Assembly (NCBI GenBank): GCA_016235585.1
Contig: JACRJY010000023.1
Coordinates: forward strand, 30,560 to 94,559
Origin: Verrucomicrobiota bacterium
Lineage (GTDB): Bacteria > Verrucomicrobiota > Verrucomicrobiia > Limisphaerales > JACRJY01
DNA length: 64,000 bases
Direction: 5' to 3'
Shown: piece after piece, positions 9,780 through 18,547 of the stretch
Layout: every line of letters starts with the position of its first letter
Position numbering within the stretch: position 1 is the first letter of the stretch
Notes under the pieces: model-generated
The model's database searches: none
Told to the model about the DNA's origin: nothing
What the model saw: only the letters and a program-made list of their open reading frames with translations
Position numbers and translations under genes: made by a program

Positions 9780-11357
9780 TCATTCCGCCTTTCCCTTCTT
9801 CCGCTTCTCGTTGCGCTCGCGCTTCGGCGTGCCGGTCTCCAGTTTTTTCTGGAGTTCGCCCAGCTTCTCCGCCTCCTGCGCCTTGAGCCAGGTCTCGTAG
9901 CCCTTGGTGCGCCCGCCGACATATTTCAGCGCCTCGAAATCATCACCTTTGCCGAGCGCGCGCGGGTCGCCCTCCTCCTTCAAAATGTTCATCATCTGGT
10001 AACGCAGGTTTTCCACGGTCTCCTTGTGCGCAAGGTCGTGGGCGAGATTGTTGACGCACTCCGGGTCGCGGCGCAGGTCATACAGTTCATCGGGCAGGCG
10101 TTTGCCGAAGCACAGCTCGTAAAAATGCCCGCCCAGCAGCTTGATGACTTCCTTCGTCGGGCCGGGGTCGCAGTTGCCGAAATCCGTTTCGGGATTTCCT
10201 GCCGGCCAGCGCTCCGGGTGGAAGTTGTGGACGTAGAGAAAATCCTTCGTGCGAATCGCGCGCACGGGATAGCCGAGATCGTTCGGGCGGCCAATGTCGT
10301 GCCGCTCCTTGCCCGCGAGCATCACGTCGCGGTTCTCGATGAAGCCGGATTTTTCCGAGCGCAGGATGTTCACGAGGCTTTTGCCGGTCATCTGCGCGTG
10401 CGGCTTGAGGCCGGCCAGTTCCAGGTAGGTCGGCGCAAAGTCGCGCACGTTCACAAAATCCTCGACCACGCGGCCCGGCTTGATTACCCTGCCCCACCGC
10501 ATCGCCAGCGGCAGGTGAAAGGCGTCCTCGTGAATCTGCCCCTTCACAAAGGGGAACGGCATCCCGTGGTCGGACGTGACGATGATCAGCGTGTTCTCCA
10601 GTTCGCCGGAATCTTCGAGCAGCTTCAGCGCGCGGCCAATCTGCGCGTCGCCCCACTCGACCTCGACGGAGTAGTCCAGCAGATCGCGCCGGACGATTTC
10701 CGTGTCGGGGAAAAACTTCGGCACCTTCACGTCCTCCAGCTTCTTGCCGAGGCGCACGCCGGAGTTCCACTCGTAGGCCCGGTGCGGTTCGAAAAGACCC
10801 ATCCAGAACGAGAACGGCCTGCTCTTGTCGCGCTGCTTGAGGAACTCGCCGAAGTTGCCGGGATAATCGTTGCCATTGATGCCGGTGGCGATGGGCTGCT
10901 GCTTGAGCGCGTCAAAACTCGGCCCCGCCGGGTTGCGCGTGAACTTGGCCAGCGTCTTGAAATCGCCCGGCCCCCAGCCTTTGCCGGTGAGGCCGATGGT
11001 GTAGCCGGATTTCTCCAGCAGATCGGGATACACCGCGAAGCCCGCCGGAAAATAGCCGCCGTGCGAGACGGCCTCGTTGAGCTGCCAGGTGTTGCGCCCG
11101 GTGAGGATGCTCGCGCGGCACGGGCTGCACTTGGGGTTCGACGTGAAGGCGTTCTTGAACAGCACGCCCTCGCGCGCGACGCGGTCGAAGTTCGGCGTCT
11201 TGATCCACGTGCAGCCGTAGGCGCCCGCGTGCGTGCTGCCGTTCCAGTCGTCGAAGATGATGAAGAGGACGTTGGGGCGGGCCGCCGCAAGCGCGGGCGT
11301 GCCGGTGAAAACAGCCAGCACGACAAGCGCGGCCAGCAGGTGGTCAATCAGTTTCAT
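9780..11357 (-). CDS. sulfatase, secreted
   Basis: The ORF opens at 11396; the likely start is MKLIDHLLAALVVLAVFTG at 11357. Also VLFIIFDDW and CxPxR KCSPCRASILTGR. Lys-rich tail KRERNEKRKKGKAE. Confidence 0.9.
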   Translation of the reverse strand: MKLIDHLLAALVVLAVFTGTPALAAARPNVLFIIFDDWNGSTHAGAYGCTWIKTPNFDRVAREGVLFKNAFTSNPKCSPCRASILTGRNTWQLNEAVSHGGYFPAGFAVYPDLLEKSGYTIGLTGKGWGPGDFKTLAKFTRNPAGPSFDALKQQPIATGINGNDYPGNFGEFLKQRDKSRPFSFWMGLFEPHRAYEWNSGVRLGKKLEDVKVPKFFPDTEIVRRDLLDYSVEVEWGDAQIGRALKLLEDSGELENTLIIVTSDHGMPFPFVKGQIHEDAFHLPLAMRWGRVIKPGRVVEDFVNVRDFAPTYLELAGLKPHAQMTGKSLVNILRSEKSGFIENRDVMLAGKERHDIGRPNDLGYPVRAIRTKDFLYVHNFHPERWPAGNPETDFGNCDPGPTKEVIKLLGGHFYELCFGKRLPDELYDLRRDPECVNNLAHDLAHKETVENLRYQMMNILKEEGDPRALGKGDDFEALKYVGGRTKGYETWLKAQEAEKLGELQKKLETGTPKRERNEKRKKGKAE

Positions 11358-11402
11358 GGTGGGAGGTTGGATTGGAAAACAGCGCGGCTTCTTCATTTCC
11401 GC

Positions 11403-12503
11403 TCACGGCGCGACGACTCGCAGGTGCTTGAACAAGAATTCGTGCAAGTCCTGCGGCCCGCCGGCGTCCGGCTTGATGCCCAGGCCGGGAATCTGCGCCA
11501 CGACGCCGACGCCCAGTTCGCGGCAGCGATCCAGCACGGCTTTCGCGTGCTTCGGGTGGTGCAGCAGGTGCCCGCGATCCGTGAGTTCGCCGCCGGGCTG
11601 CGAAGTGTTGAGGAACACCGGCGGGTCATCTTTGGAAATCAACCCATGCATGTCGCAATCCGCGCGCAGCTTCGCGCCCACCGGGCCGCGCAGTTCCGCG
11701 TCGGTTTTCAAACCATAGAAACCGGGCTGATCCTCGTCCTGGCGCTGGAACTTCTTCCCCGCCTCGCCGAAAAGTTGTTCCCACTTCACGATGTCGTAGC
11801 TGAACTGGGTCGAGTTCGCCCCCGCGCACGAAAGCCGCGTGGACTCGCGCAGCACCGGGTCGCTGTTCTTCGGATCGGCAAGGTCATCGTGGAACGCCAG
11901 CCACAACGACGTGCCCGCACCCGCCGAGCCGCCGTAGGACGCGACGCGCGTCTTGTCCAAGTTCCACTCGCCCGCCTTCGACCGGATGAACTGGATCGCC
12001 CGCGCGCAGTCGCGCAGCACGTCCTGGATTGGCGCGGTGGTGCGGTAGCGGTAGTTGATGGCGGCGAAGGACACGCCCGTGTCGAGGCACTGCTGAACCA
12101 TCTTGTCGTCGCGTGCCTTCGATTTGTCGCCCGCCGTGAACCCGCCGCCGTGGATGAACACCACCACGGGCGCGGGCTTGTCCGACTTCGCCCGCCAGAA
12201 ATCCAGCACGTTGCGCTCGTGCGGGCCGTAGTGGACATCGGCGAGGGTGGGCTGGCCGCCGGGGGCCGCGCCGCTCCTGGCCGGCGATTTCTTCCCCGGC
12301 CTGGCGTTTCGGTTCTCCTGCAAATAGGCGCGCGCCTCGGCCTCGGTCAGCACGCCGTCCTGGTTGGCGTCGGCGGCGGGAAACTGCTTGAGGGCGCGCT
12401 GGAGGCGGTCATCGGTTTCGGACGTGGCCTGCGCGCGGGCGGAAAGCGTGCCCAGCACGATGATCGCCAGGGCAAGGGAAAGATGGCGGGTGACGGTGAA
12501 CAT
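11403..12503 (-). CDS. secreted alpha/beta hydrolase (esterase/lipase, HGGG type) with N-terminal EF-hand-like Ca-binding loop
   Basis: 366 aa with a signal peptide. The EF-hand loop is DANQDGVLTEAE. VVFIHGGGF is the oxyanion HGGG motif. YGGSAGAG is the GxSxG nucleophile elbow. Confidence 0.8.
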   Translation of the reverse strand: MFTVTRHLSLALAIIVLGTLSARAQATSETDDRLQRALKQFPAADANQDGVLTEAEARAYLQENRNARPGKKSPARSGAAPGGQPTLADVHYGPHERNVLDFWRAKSDKPAPVVVFIHGGGFTAGDKSKARDDKMVQQCLDTGVSFAAINYRYRTTAPIQDVLRDCARAIQFIRSKAGEWNLDKTRVASYGGSAGAGTSLWLAFHDDLADPKNSDPVLRESTRLSCAGANSTQFSYDIVKWEQLFGEAGKKFQRQDEDQPGFYGLKTDAELRGPVGAKLRADCDMHGLISKDDPPVFLNTSQPGGELTDRGHLLHHPKHAKAVLDRCRELGVGVVAQIPGLGIKPDAGGPQDLHEFLFKHLRVVAP

Positions 12504-12558
12504 AGCTCAATGTTGCGGGTGCGGAGACGATGGGGCGGGGCGCGAAGTTACGCCAGCC

Positions 12559-13914
12559 TCAAACCTTGGCCTTCTTCTTGTTTTTCTTCTTCTCGTTCTT
12601 CGCTGCCTTGCGCTTCTCCTCGCCGTTCCAGCGCGCGTCCTCCCAGCGCGGGGGCTGCATCGAGGCGTTCCATTTGTCGAACAGCGACTGCAGTTCCTTT
12701 TTCTTCGCCGGGTTTTGCGCGGACAAATCCTTCCGCTCGCCGGGATCCTGCGCGAGGTTCACAAGCATCGGCTCCATGTCCTTGCCGGCCTTCACCAGTT
12801 TCCAGTCGCCGGAACGCACCGCGTGCTGCACGCCGAAGCGGAAGTAAAGTTCGCGCGGCGCGAGCTTGTCCACCTTGCCTTCGAGCAACGGGAGCAGATT
12901 CACGCCGTCAATCTGCCATTCGGGTTTCACCTCCGCGCCGGCCGCCGCGAGTGCGGTGGGCAGCACGTCGAGCTGAATGACCGGCTCGGTGGACACGCGC
13001 CCGCCGGGCACACGGCCTTTCCACGCGGCGATCCACGAGACGCGGATGCCGCCTTCCCAGCAAAACCACTTGCGCCCGCGCAGGCCGCCCACCTCGGCGG
13101 CGGCGGACGCGCCGCCGTTGTCGCTGATGAGGAAGAGGAGCGTGTTCTCCTCCTGCTTGCTCTCGCGCAGCTTTGCCAGCACCGCGCCGATGGCCTCGTC
13201 GGCCTCGGCCAGGTTCGCGGCGTAGTTTTGCAGCCCGCGGTCGAGGTGCTTGAACTTCTCCAGCCACTGCGGCGACGCGACGTGCGGCGTGTGGACGGCG
13301 TTGAACGACAGGTAAAGAAACCACGGCCTGCCTTTGCTCTGCTCGATGAAGTTCACCGACTCACGGGCGAACACTGGCGAGGTGATCGGCGCGCCGGGCA
13401 GTTCCTTCAACATCTCCTTGCCGCGATAGAACGACGACCCCTTGCCTTCGCCAAGATTGCCCACCGTGCCGACCGCGAAATCAAACCCGCGCGACGCCGG
13501 CATGAACTCCGGGCCCGTGTCGCCGAGGTGCCACTTGCCCACGATGCCCGTGGTGTAGCCGGCGGCCTTGAGCCGCTGCGCCATCGTCGTCTCGGTGAGG
13601 AGCAGCTCGCGCCCGGCCCGGGTCGGATTCGCGTCGTGGCCGGTGCGCGCCTGATAGCGGCCCGTCATCAAGCCCACGCGCCCCGGCGAGCACACGCAGC
13701 CCGACGAGTAGCCGTCGGTGAAGCGCACCCCGTTTTGCGCCAGCGAATCCATGTGCGGCGTGGGCGCGAGTTTGCCGCCATAGCAGCCCGGCTGCGCCCA
13801 GCCCATGTCGTCCACGTAGAAGATGAGGATGTTCGGCGGGGCTGGCTTCGCCGCGTGAAGCGCGGCCAGTGGAGCGAACAGAATCGAAATGATCAGTGCG
13901 AGGCTGTGCTTCAT
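12559..13914 (-). CDS. sulfatase, secreted
   Basis: The ORF opens at 14037; the likely start is MKHSLALIISILFAPLAALHA at 13914. Also ILIFYVDDMGW and CxPxR VCSPGRVGLMTGR. Tail EEKRKAAKNEKKKNKKKAKV. Confidence 0.9.
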   Translation of the reverse strand: MKHSLALIISILFAPLAALHAAKPAPPNILIFYVDDMGWAQPGCYGGKLAPTPHMDSLAQNGVRFTDGYSSGCVCSPGRVGLMTGRYQARTGHDANPTRAGRELLLTETTMAQRLKAAGYTTGIVGKWHLGDTGPEFMPASRGFDFAVGTVGNLGEGKGSSFYRGKEMLKELPGAPITSPVFARESVNFIEQSKGRPWFLYLSFNAVHTPHVASPQWLEKFKHLDRGLQNYAANLAEADEAIGAVLAKLRESKQEENTLLFLISDNGGASAAAEVGGLRGRKWFCWEGGIRVSWIAAWKGRVPGGRVSTEPVIQLDVLPTALAAAGAEVKPEWQIDGVNLLPLLEGKVDKLAPRELYFRFGVQHAVRSGDWKLVKAGKDMEPMLVNLAQDPGERKDLSAQNPAKKKELQSLFDKWNASMQPPRWEDARWNGEEKRKAAKNEKKKNKKKAKV

Positions 13915-14059
13915 GAATGTTTGGATAGCGGTTATTTCGCGCCGGGGCCAACAAATTCTTCGCGGGTCAGCTTGCCGCACTCGCGCGCATCTGAAAATGG
14001 CGCCGACAGCCTGCGGTTTCCCTCTTTGCCTTTCCATGGCGGGCGTTTACCATGGCCGC

Positions 14060-16402
14060 ATGATTTCCCGCTGGACACGGCTCGCGCTGGCACTGGCCGC
14101 GCTGGCTTTTGCCACACCTGCGGCCATCGCCGCACCGCAGAAGGAATACGGACGCGTTGAACTGATCCGCGACACCTGGGGCATCCCCCATGTGTTCTCG
14201 GCGACGGACGCGGGCGCGCTCTACGGGCTGGGCTGGGCGACTGCGGAAGAGCGCGGGTTTCAGATGACCTACAACCTGCGCATCATCCAAGGCCGGCTCG
14301 CGGAAATCATCGGCGATCGGCCGCGCGGCAGCCGCACGGAGACGACGGTGGATCACGACCGCAAGATGCGCACCTTCGGCTGGACGCCCGCCGCCGCGCG
14401 CACGGCGGCGCGGCTCGACGTTCCCACGCGCCAGCTGCTGGAGGCGTATTGCGAAGGCGTGAACGACAGTTTCGCGGCGCAGCGGGCGGCGGGCAGTTTG
14501 CATCCGTTGTTTCAATCGTTGAACGTCGCGCCGGAAAAGTGGACGCCCGCCGACTGCCTCTTGAGCTGGTGGCATCTCGCGCAATTCTTCGCGACCGACG
14601 GCACGCGCGATCTGCTCGCGGGGCGCAACCGCGCCAGTCCGCGCCCCGGCCAGCCGTCGCCGCCGCGCTCGACGGCGGCCTGGCTGGACGACGAAGCCGC
14701 GGTCGTGCAGCGCGCCGACGTGAACGATGCGTGGCTGCGGCGCGTGGAGGAGTTCCGCTCCACGCACGCGCTCGGTAAACCGGGCACCAGTGGTGCGGGG
14801 CCGAAATTCAGCCACGCCTGGGTGGTCGGCGGAAAAAAGACGACGACCGGTTCGGCGGTGCTGGTGAGCGACCCGCAGACGCCTGTGCGCAATCCGTCGC
14901 TGTGGATGGAATTCCACGTCAGCGGAAAAACCTTCGACGCGCGCGGCATCGGCGTGCCGGGCAGTCCGGCGTTGTTGATCGGATTCAACCGCCGCGTGGC
15001 GTGGGGACTGACGGCGCTGGGCGCAGATCAGGCGGACTTGTTCCGGCTGGAAACCGACCCGCAACGCCCGGACGAATACCGCTGGGACGGTCAGTGGCGG
15101 AAAATGGCGGCGCGCACCGAGCGCATCAAAGTGAAGGACGGCGCGGACGTGGAGTTGACAGTGCGGGAGACGCATCTGGGGCCGGTCACGTCGGCGTTTT
15201 GTTTCCGCCAATCCGGTGATCCAGAAGTGGCGCTCAAGCGCGTGCCGATGTGCGAGCCGGAGCGCGACACCATCACCGCCGGGCTGGCCATGATGCGCGC
15301 GCGTGACGCCGGGGAATTCACCGAGGCGCTCGCCGGCTGGCGGTTTCCCACCGCGAACTGCGTTTATGGCGACGTGGGCGGGCACATCGGCTACGCGGTC
15401 GTGGGCGCGATTCCGATCCGCTCAAAGCACGCGCCGGACGCGAACGGCAGCGAGGCGGCACCCGGCACGGGCCACGCGCATGACTGGCGGGGATTCGTGC
15501 CGGCGGAACTGCTGCCGCGCGCCTTCGATCCGAAGGCCGGCGTGCTGTTGAGCGCGAACCACCGTCCGGTCGCGTCCTTCTATCCGGTTCCGCTCGGCAT
15601 CAGCACCGGCTCGATGGGCGACACCATTCGCTCGTGGCGGCTGCGTGAGTTGCTGGGCGCGCGGCAGAAATTCACGCCGACGAATGTGCTGGAGGTTCAT
15701 TACGACACCGTCAATCCGGCGCGGCGCGAAATCGCGCGCCTCGGCCTGCACCTGCGCGACACGCAGCAGGGCGAATTTTCCAGGGAGGCCATGAACGCGC
15801 TCGTCGTGCTGGAGAAATGGCTCAAGGCCGGCGCGAGCAGTGACTTGCGGGCGGACGGCGCGGAACTGGCGGTGCGCGTCAGCACGTTCTTCCGCTTCGT
15901 CGCGACGCCGCTGGCCCTGAAATTCGGCGGCGGCGAATCCGGCCTCGCGCGCTTTCTCAAGGACAGCGCGAAACGGATTGCGGCTGATCCCAAGGCTGTC
16001 TTCGGCGAGGACGAACGCCGCTTCATCAACACGGTTCTCGGCGACGCCTGGCGCGAGCAGCAGGCGTCCGGGGCCACGCCGCGCGGGACGCTGGGCTGGT
16101 TTGACACGCTCGACGGCTTCGGCTCGCTGGACACGGCGCAAGACCTGCCGCCACCCGGCATCACCTGTCTCGACGGCCAGACGATCCACTCGCAGGCCGC
16201 GCAGTCCTACACGCAATGGGTGCCGCTGCACGACGTGGACGCCGCCCAGGCCCTCTGCCCCATCGGACACAGCGACCGCCCCGGCGGTCGTTACCGCACG
16301 AGCACGATGCCGCTGTGGGCCGGGGCGAAACTGCATTCCGCCCCGCTGGGCCGCAAGGCCGTGGAGAAAATAGCCGCTGAACGGATCGTGCTCTCGAAGT
16401 GA
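14060..16402 (+). CDS. penicillin acylase / acyl-homoserine-lactone acylase family Ntn hydrolase, secreted
   Basis: The ORF opens at 13889; the likely start is MISRWTRLALALAALAFATPAAIA at 14060. Also IRDTWGIPHVF and the putative autoproteolytic nucleophile FSHAWVVGGKKTTTGSAVLVSDPQ. Confidence 0.8.
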   Translation: MISRWTRLALALAALAFATPAAIAAPQKEYGRVELIRDTWGIPHVFSATDAGALYGLGWATAEERGFQMTYNLRIIQGRLAEIIGDRPRGSRTETTVDHDRKMRTFGWTPAAARTAARLDVPTRQLLEAYCEGVNDSFAAQRAAGSLHPLFQSLNVAPEKWTPADCLLSWWHLAQFFATDGTRDLLAGRNRASPRPGQPSPPRSTAAWLDDEAAVVQRADVNDAWLRRVEEFRSTHALGKPGTSGAGPKFSHAWVVGGKKTTTGSAVLVSDPQTPVRNPSLWMEFHVSGKTFDARGIGVPGSPALLIGFNRRVAWGLTALGADQADLFRLETDPQRPDEYRWDGQWRKMAARTERIKVKDGADVELTVRETHLGPVTSAFCFRQSGDPEVALKRVPMCEPERDTITAGLAMMRARDAGEFTEALAGWRFPTANCVYGDVGGHIGYAVVGAIPIRSKHAPDANGSEAAPGTGHAHDWRGFVPAELLPRAFDPKAGVLLSANHRPVASFYPVPLGISTGSMGDTIRSWRLRELLGARQKFTPTNVLEVHYDTVNPARREIARLGLHLRDTQQGEFSREAMNALVVLEKWLKAGASSDLRADGAELAVRVSTFFRFVATPLALKFGGGESGLARFLKDSAKRIAADPKAVFGEDERRFINTVLGDAWREQQASGATPRGTLGWFDTLDGFGSLDTAQDLPPPGITCLDGQTIHSQAAQSYTQWVPLHDVDAAQALCPIGHSDRPGGRYRTSTMPLWAGAKLHSAPLGRKAVEKIAAERIVLSK

Positions 16403-16428
16403 AAAGATGGCGTTGGTTGCCCGCCCCG

Positions 16429-16562
16429 GTAGCGCAGGATGGCATCCTGCTGTTTCGCCGGTTGGCAACCGGCCGGGGCCGTGAAATTGCGAAGAGATTT
16501 CGCTGGCCGGGGTGTTGGCCGACTGCCAGTCGGCGAAACAGCAGATTGCCAATCTGCGCTAC
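16429..16562. repeat. 134-nt dyad-symmetric element with four perfect 17-nt palindromes, between convergent genes
   Basis: The palindromes are gcaggatGgcatcctgc (16434-16450), gccggttGgcaaccggc (16457-16473), gccgactGccagtcggc (16518-16534) and gcagattGccaatctgc (16541-16557). The outer flanks are gtagcgc / gcgctac. Confidence 0.85.
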
Positions 16563-16602
16563 GCCGTCAGCCCGGTCATTTTGAAGACATGCCCTAACAA
16601 TG

Positions 16603-17988
16603 TTACTTCCCCGTCTTCGCCTTCTTGCGCTTCTGCTTTTTCCCCGGCGTGGCGGGATCGCCCTCGGTCGTGCCGGGCGCGATGTTGCGGGTGTTCCAGC
16701 GGTCCCACTGCGCCTGCAACTCCTTCACCTTGTCGGGCAGCGACGCGGCGAGGTCGCGCGTTTCGCCAAGGTCGTCGCGCAGGTTGTAGAGCTTGGCGGC
16801 GGTCGCGCCCTGGTTGCGCCCGCCGGTGAGCGTGTCGGCGTTCGTGTCGTAGCGGACAAGCTTGAAATCCCCGGCGCGGATGGCCGTCTGCTCGCCGAAG
16901 CGCCAGAAAAGCGCGTCGTGCGGCGCGCCGGATTTTTCGCCGGCGAGGAACGGAAGCAGATTCACTCCGTCGAGTTTCCAATCCGGTTTCACCTCAAGCC
17001 CGGCGGCGGCGAGCGCGGTCGCGGTGAGGTCGAGTTGAATTGCCGGCGGCGCGAAGACGCCGGGTTTTACTTTGCCGGGCCATGACACGACGAACGGCAC
17101 GCGCACACCGCCTTCGAGCGTGGTGCGCTTGCTGCCGCGCAACGGCTTGTTGACCGAGCCGTTGACGGTGACGCCGGGCATCGTCGGCCCGCCATTGTCG
17201 CTGATGAAGGTGACGAGCGTGTTCCGCTCCTGGCCGGTCTCGGCGAGTTTTTTCCGCACCGCGCCGATGGCCTCGTCCATCGCGAGCATCATCGCGGCAT
17301 AGGTGCGGCGGGTCTTGTCCGTGATGCTCGCAAACTTCTTGAGTCGCGCGTCGTCGGCATGCATCGGCGTGTGGACGGCGTTGAACGCAAGATAGAGAAA
17401 CCACGGCTGGCCCTGATGCTTCTCGATGAACGCCACCGCCTCGCGCCCGAACGCGTCGGTCAGATACTCCTTCTCGTTCGCCGGCTCGGTGCCGCGCAGG
17501 ATGCCGGACGACTCGAAATAACTGTGCGCGCCGCCGAGGAAGCCGAAGAACTCCTCGAAGCCGCGCTTCTGCGGATGCTGCTCCGGCTTCGCGCCAAGAT
17601 GCCACTTGCCGACCATGCCGGTCTTGTAACCCGCCGCCTTGAGCCGGTCGGGCAACGTGGTTTCCGTCAGCGGCAACCCGCCGCCCGCGCCGCCGGAGTT
17701 GAACTCGTGCCCGAAGCGTTGCTGATAGCGGCCCGTGAGCAGCCCCGCGCGCGTCGGCGAGCAATACGGCCCGCTCACGTAGCCGCTGGTGAAGCGCACG
17801 CCCGCCGCCGCGAGCGCATCAAGGTTCGGCGTGGGAATGTCCTTGCACCCATGGAAGCCCACGTCGGCATAGCCCATGTCGTCGCCGACGATGATGAGGA
17901 TGTTGGGCCGCTTCGCCCCGGCGGCGGAAGCGTGGTCGCAAAGAATGCAAAGCGACGCCAGAAAGCCGAAGATAAGTGATTTGCTCAT
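16603..17988 (-). CDS. sulfatase, secreted
   Basis: The ORF opens at 18309, but that upstream stretch is encoded by intergenic repeats. The likely start is MSKSLIFGFLASLCILCDHASA at 17988. Also ILIIVGDDMGYAD and CxPxR YCSPTRAGLLTGR. Tail PGKKQKRKKAKTGK. Confidence 0.9.
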   Translation of the reverse strand: MSKSLIFGFLASLCILCDHASAAGAKRPNILIIVGDDMGYADVGFHGCKDIPTPNLDALAAAGVRFTSGYVSGPYCSPTRAGLLTGRYQQRFGHEFNSGGAGGGLPLTETTLPDRLKAAGYKTGMVGKWHLGAKPEQHPQKRGFEEFFGFLGGAHSYFESSGILRGTEPANEKEYLTDAFGREAVAFIEKHQGQPWFLYLAFNAVHTPMHADDARLKKFASITDKTRRTYAAMMLAMDEAIGAVRKKLAETGQERNTLVTFISDNGGPTMPGVTVNGSVNKPLRGSKRTTLEGGVRVPFVVSWPGKVKPGVFAPPAIQLDLTATALAAAGLEVKPDWKLDGVNLLPFLAGEKSGAPHDALFWRFGEQTAIRAGDFKLVRYDTNADTLTGGRNQGATAAKLYNLRDDLGETRDLAASLPDKVKELQAQWDRWNTRNIAPGTTEGDPATPGKKQKRKKAKTGK

Positions 17989-18051
17989 ACGGTGCGCTGC
18001 TAGACCGGCATGGCTGGGGAAAGGTTTCAGATCGAATTCCGAAAACAGCGT

Positions 18052-18540
18052 GGGGAGCGCACGCGCCTCGCGTGCTGTTTTCCGCGCCCTCGCGGAAAAC
18101 CGGCGTGGCACGAAATCGTGCGACACCCTTAGCCGAATCCATGCGGTTGAAGCGGGGAGCGCGACCGTCCCGGTCGCCCCCGTCGGCGTCCCGCCGACGG
18201 GTTTGGGGCGAACCCATCGCTCACCCAACGGTGCGTCTGGCAGGCGCGGGGAAGTTTTCAGCGGGACGCCGAAAACCGCGGGCGAGACGCCACGCGCTCC
18301 CCATTCCACTGCATGGATTCGGCCTAAAGCCGGTCAGAAAATTAGGTTGTGAGTGGCAGAGGCCACTGGCCTGTCCCGGCGGGCTATCAATCCGCCGGAC
18401 TTTTCGGCGGCAAGTTGCCGTCGAAAACGGGCTGGTAGCCCGTGCCACCCATTTTTCAGACAGGCCTTTACGAACTTGTTCGCGCCACCGCGCGGGATGC
18501 GAGGGCGCATCCTGCCACACCCGAGGCGGGTGTGCTCCCC
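18052..18540. repeat. expanded copy of a GGGGAGCGC-TIR element, containing nested insertions
   Basis: It starts ggggagcgcacgcgcctcgcgtgctgttttccgcgccctcgcggaaaacc and ends ggatgcgagggcgcatcctgccacacccgaggcgggtgtgctcccc. Both ends match, in inverted orientation, the compact copy at 25081-25232. Confidence 0.75.
18154..18302. repeat. nested 149-bp element with perfect 10-bp TIRs (ggggagcgcg / cgcgctcccc)
   Basis: It is inserted between ccgaatccatgc (18133-18144) and gcatggattcgg (18311-18322), which are the two halves of a pre-existing hairpin. Confidence 0.7.
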
Positions 18541-18547
18541 AATTTCG

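Noticed and set aside
7937-9922. ATG at 9922 as the start of the second sulfatase (the 661-aa version)
   Set aside because: It would overlap the upstream gene by 143 nt. The extra 95 residues are Arg-rich (RRRRRRSWANSRKNWRPARR) and then encoded by the ccgaa/ttcgg repeat. The signal peptide begins only near 9640.
9597-12980. 1127-aa plus-strand ORF
   Set aside because: It runs antisense across three independently supported minus-strand genes (two sulfatases and an esterase). Its sequence is low-complexity and Arg/Ala/Gly-rich.
17989-18309. N-terminal 107-residue extension of the sulfatase ORF (starting at 18309)
   Set aside because: The extension is encoded entirely by the intergenic repeat nest, with peptides like RKTAREARALP that recur wherever the repeat occurs. 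A proper signal peptide begins at the internal Met (17988).
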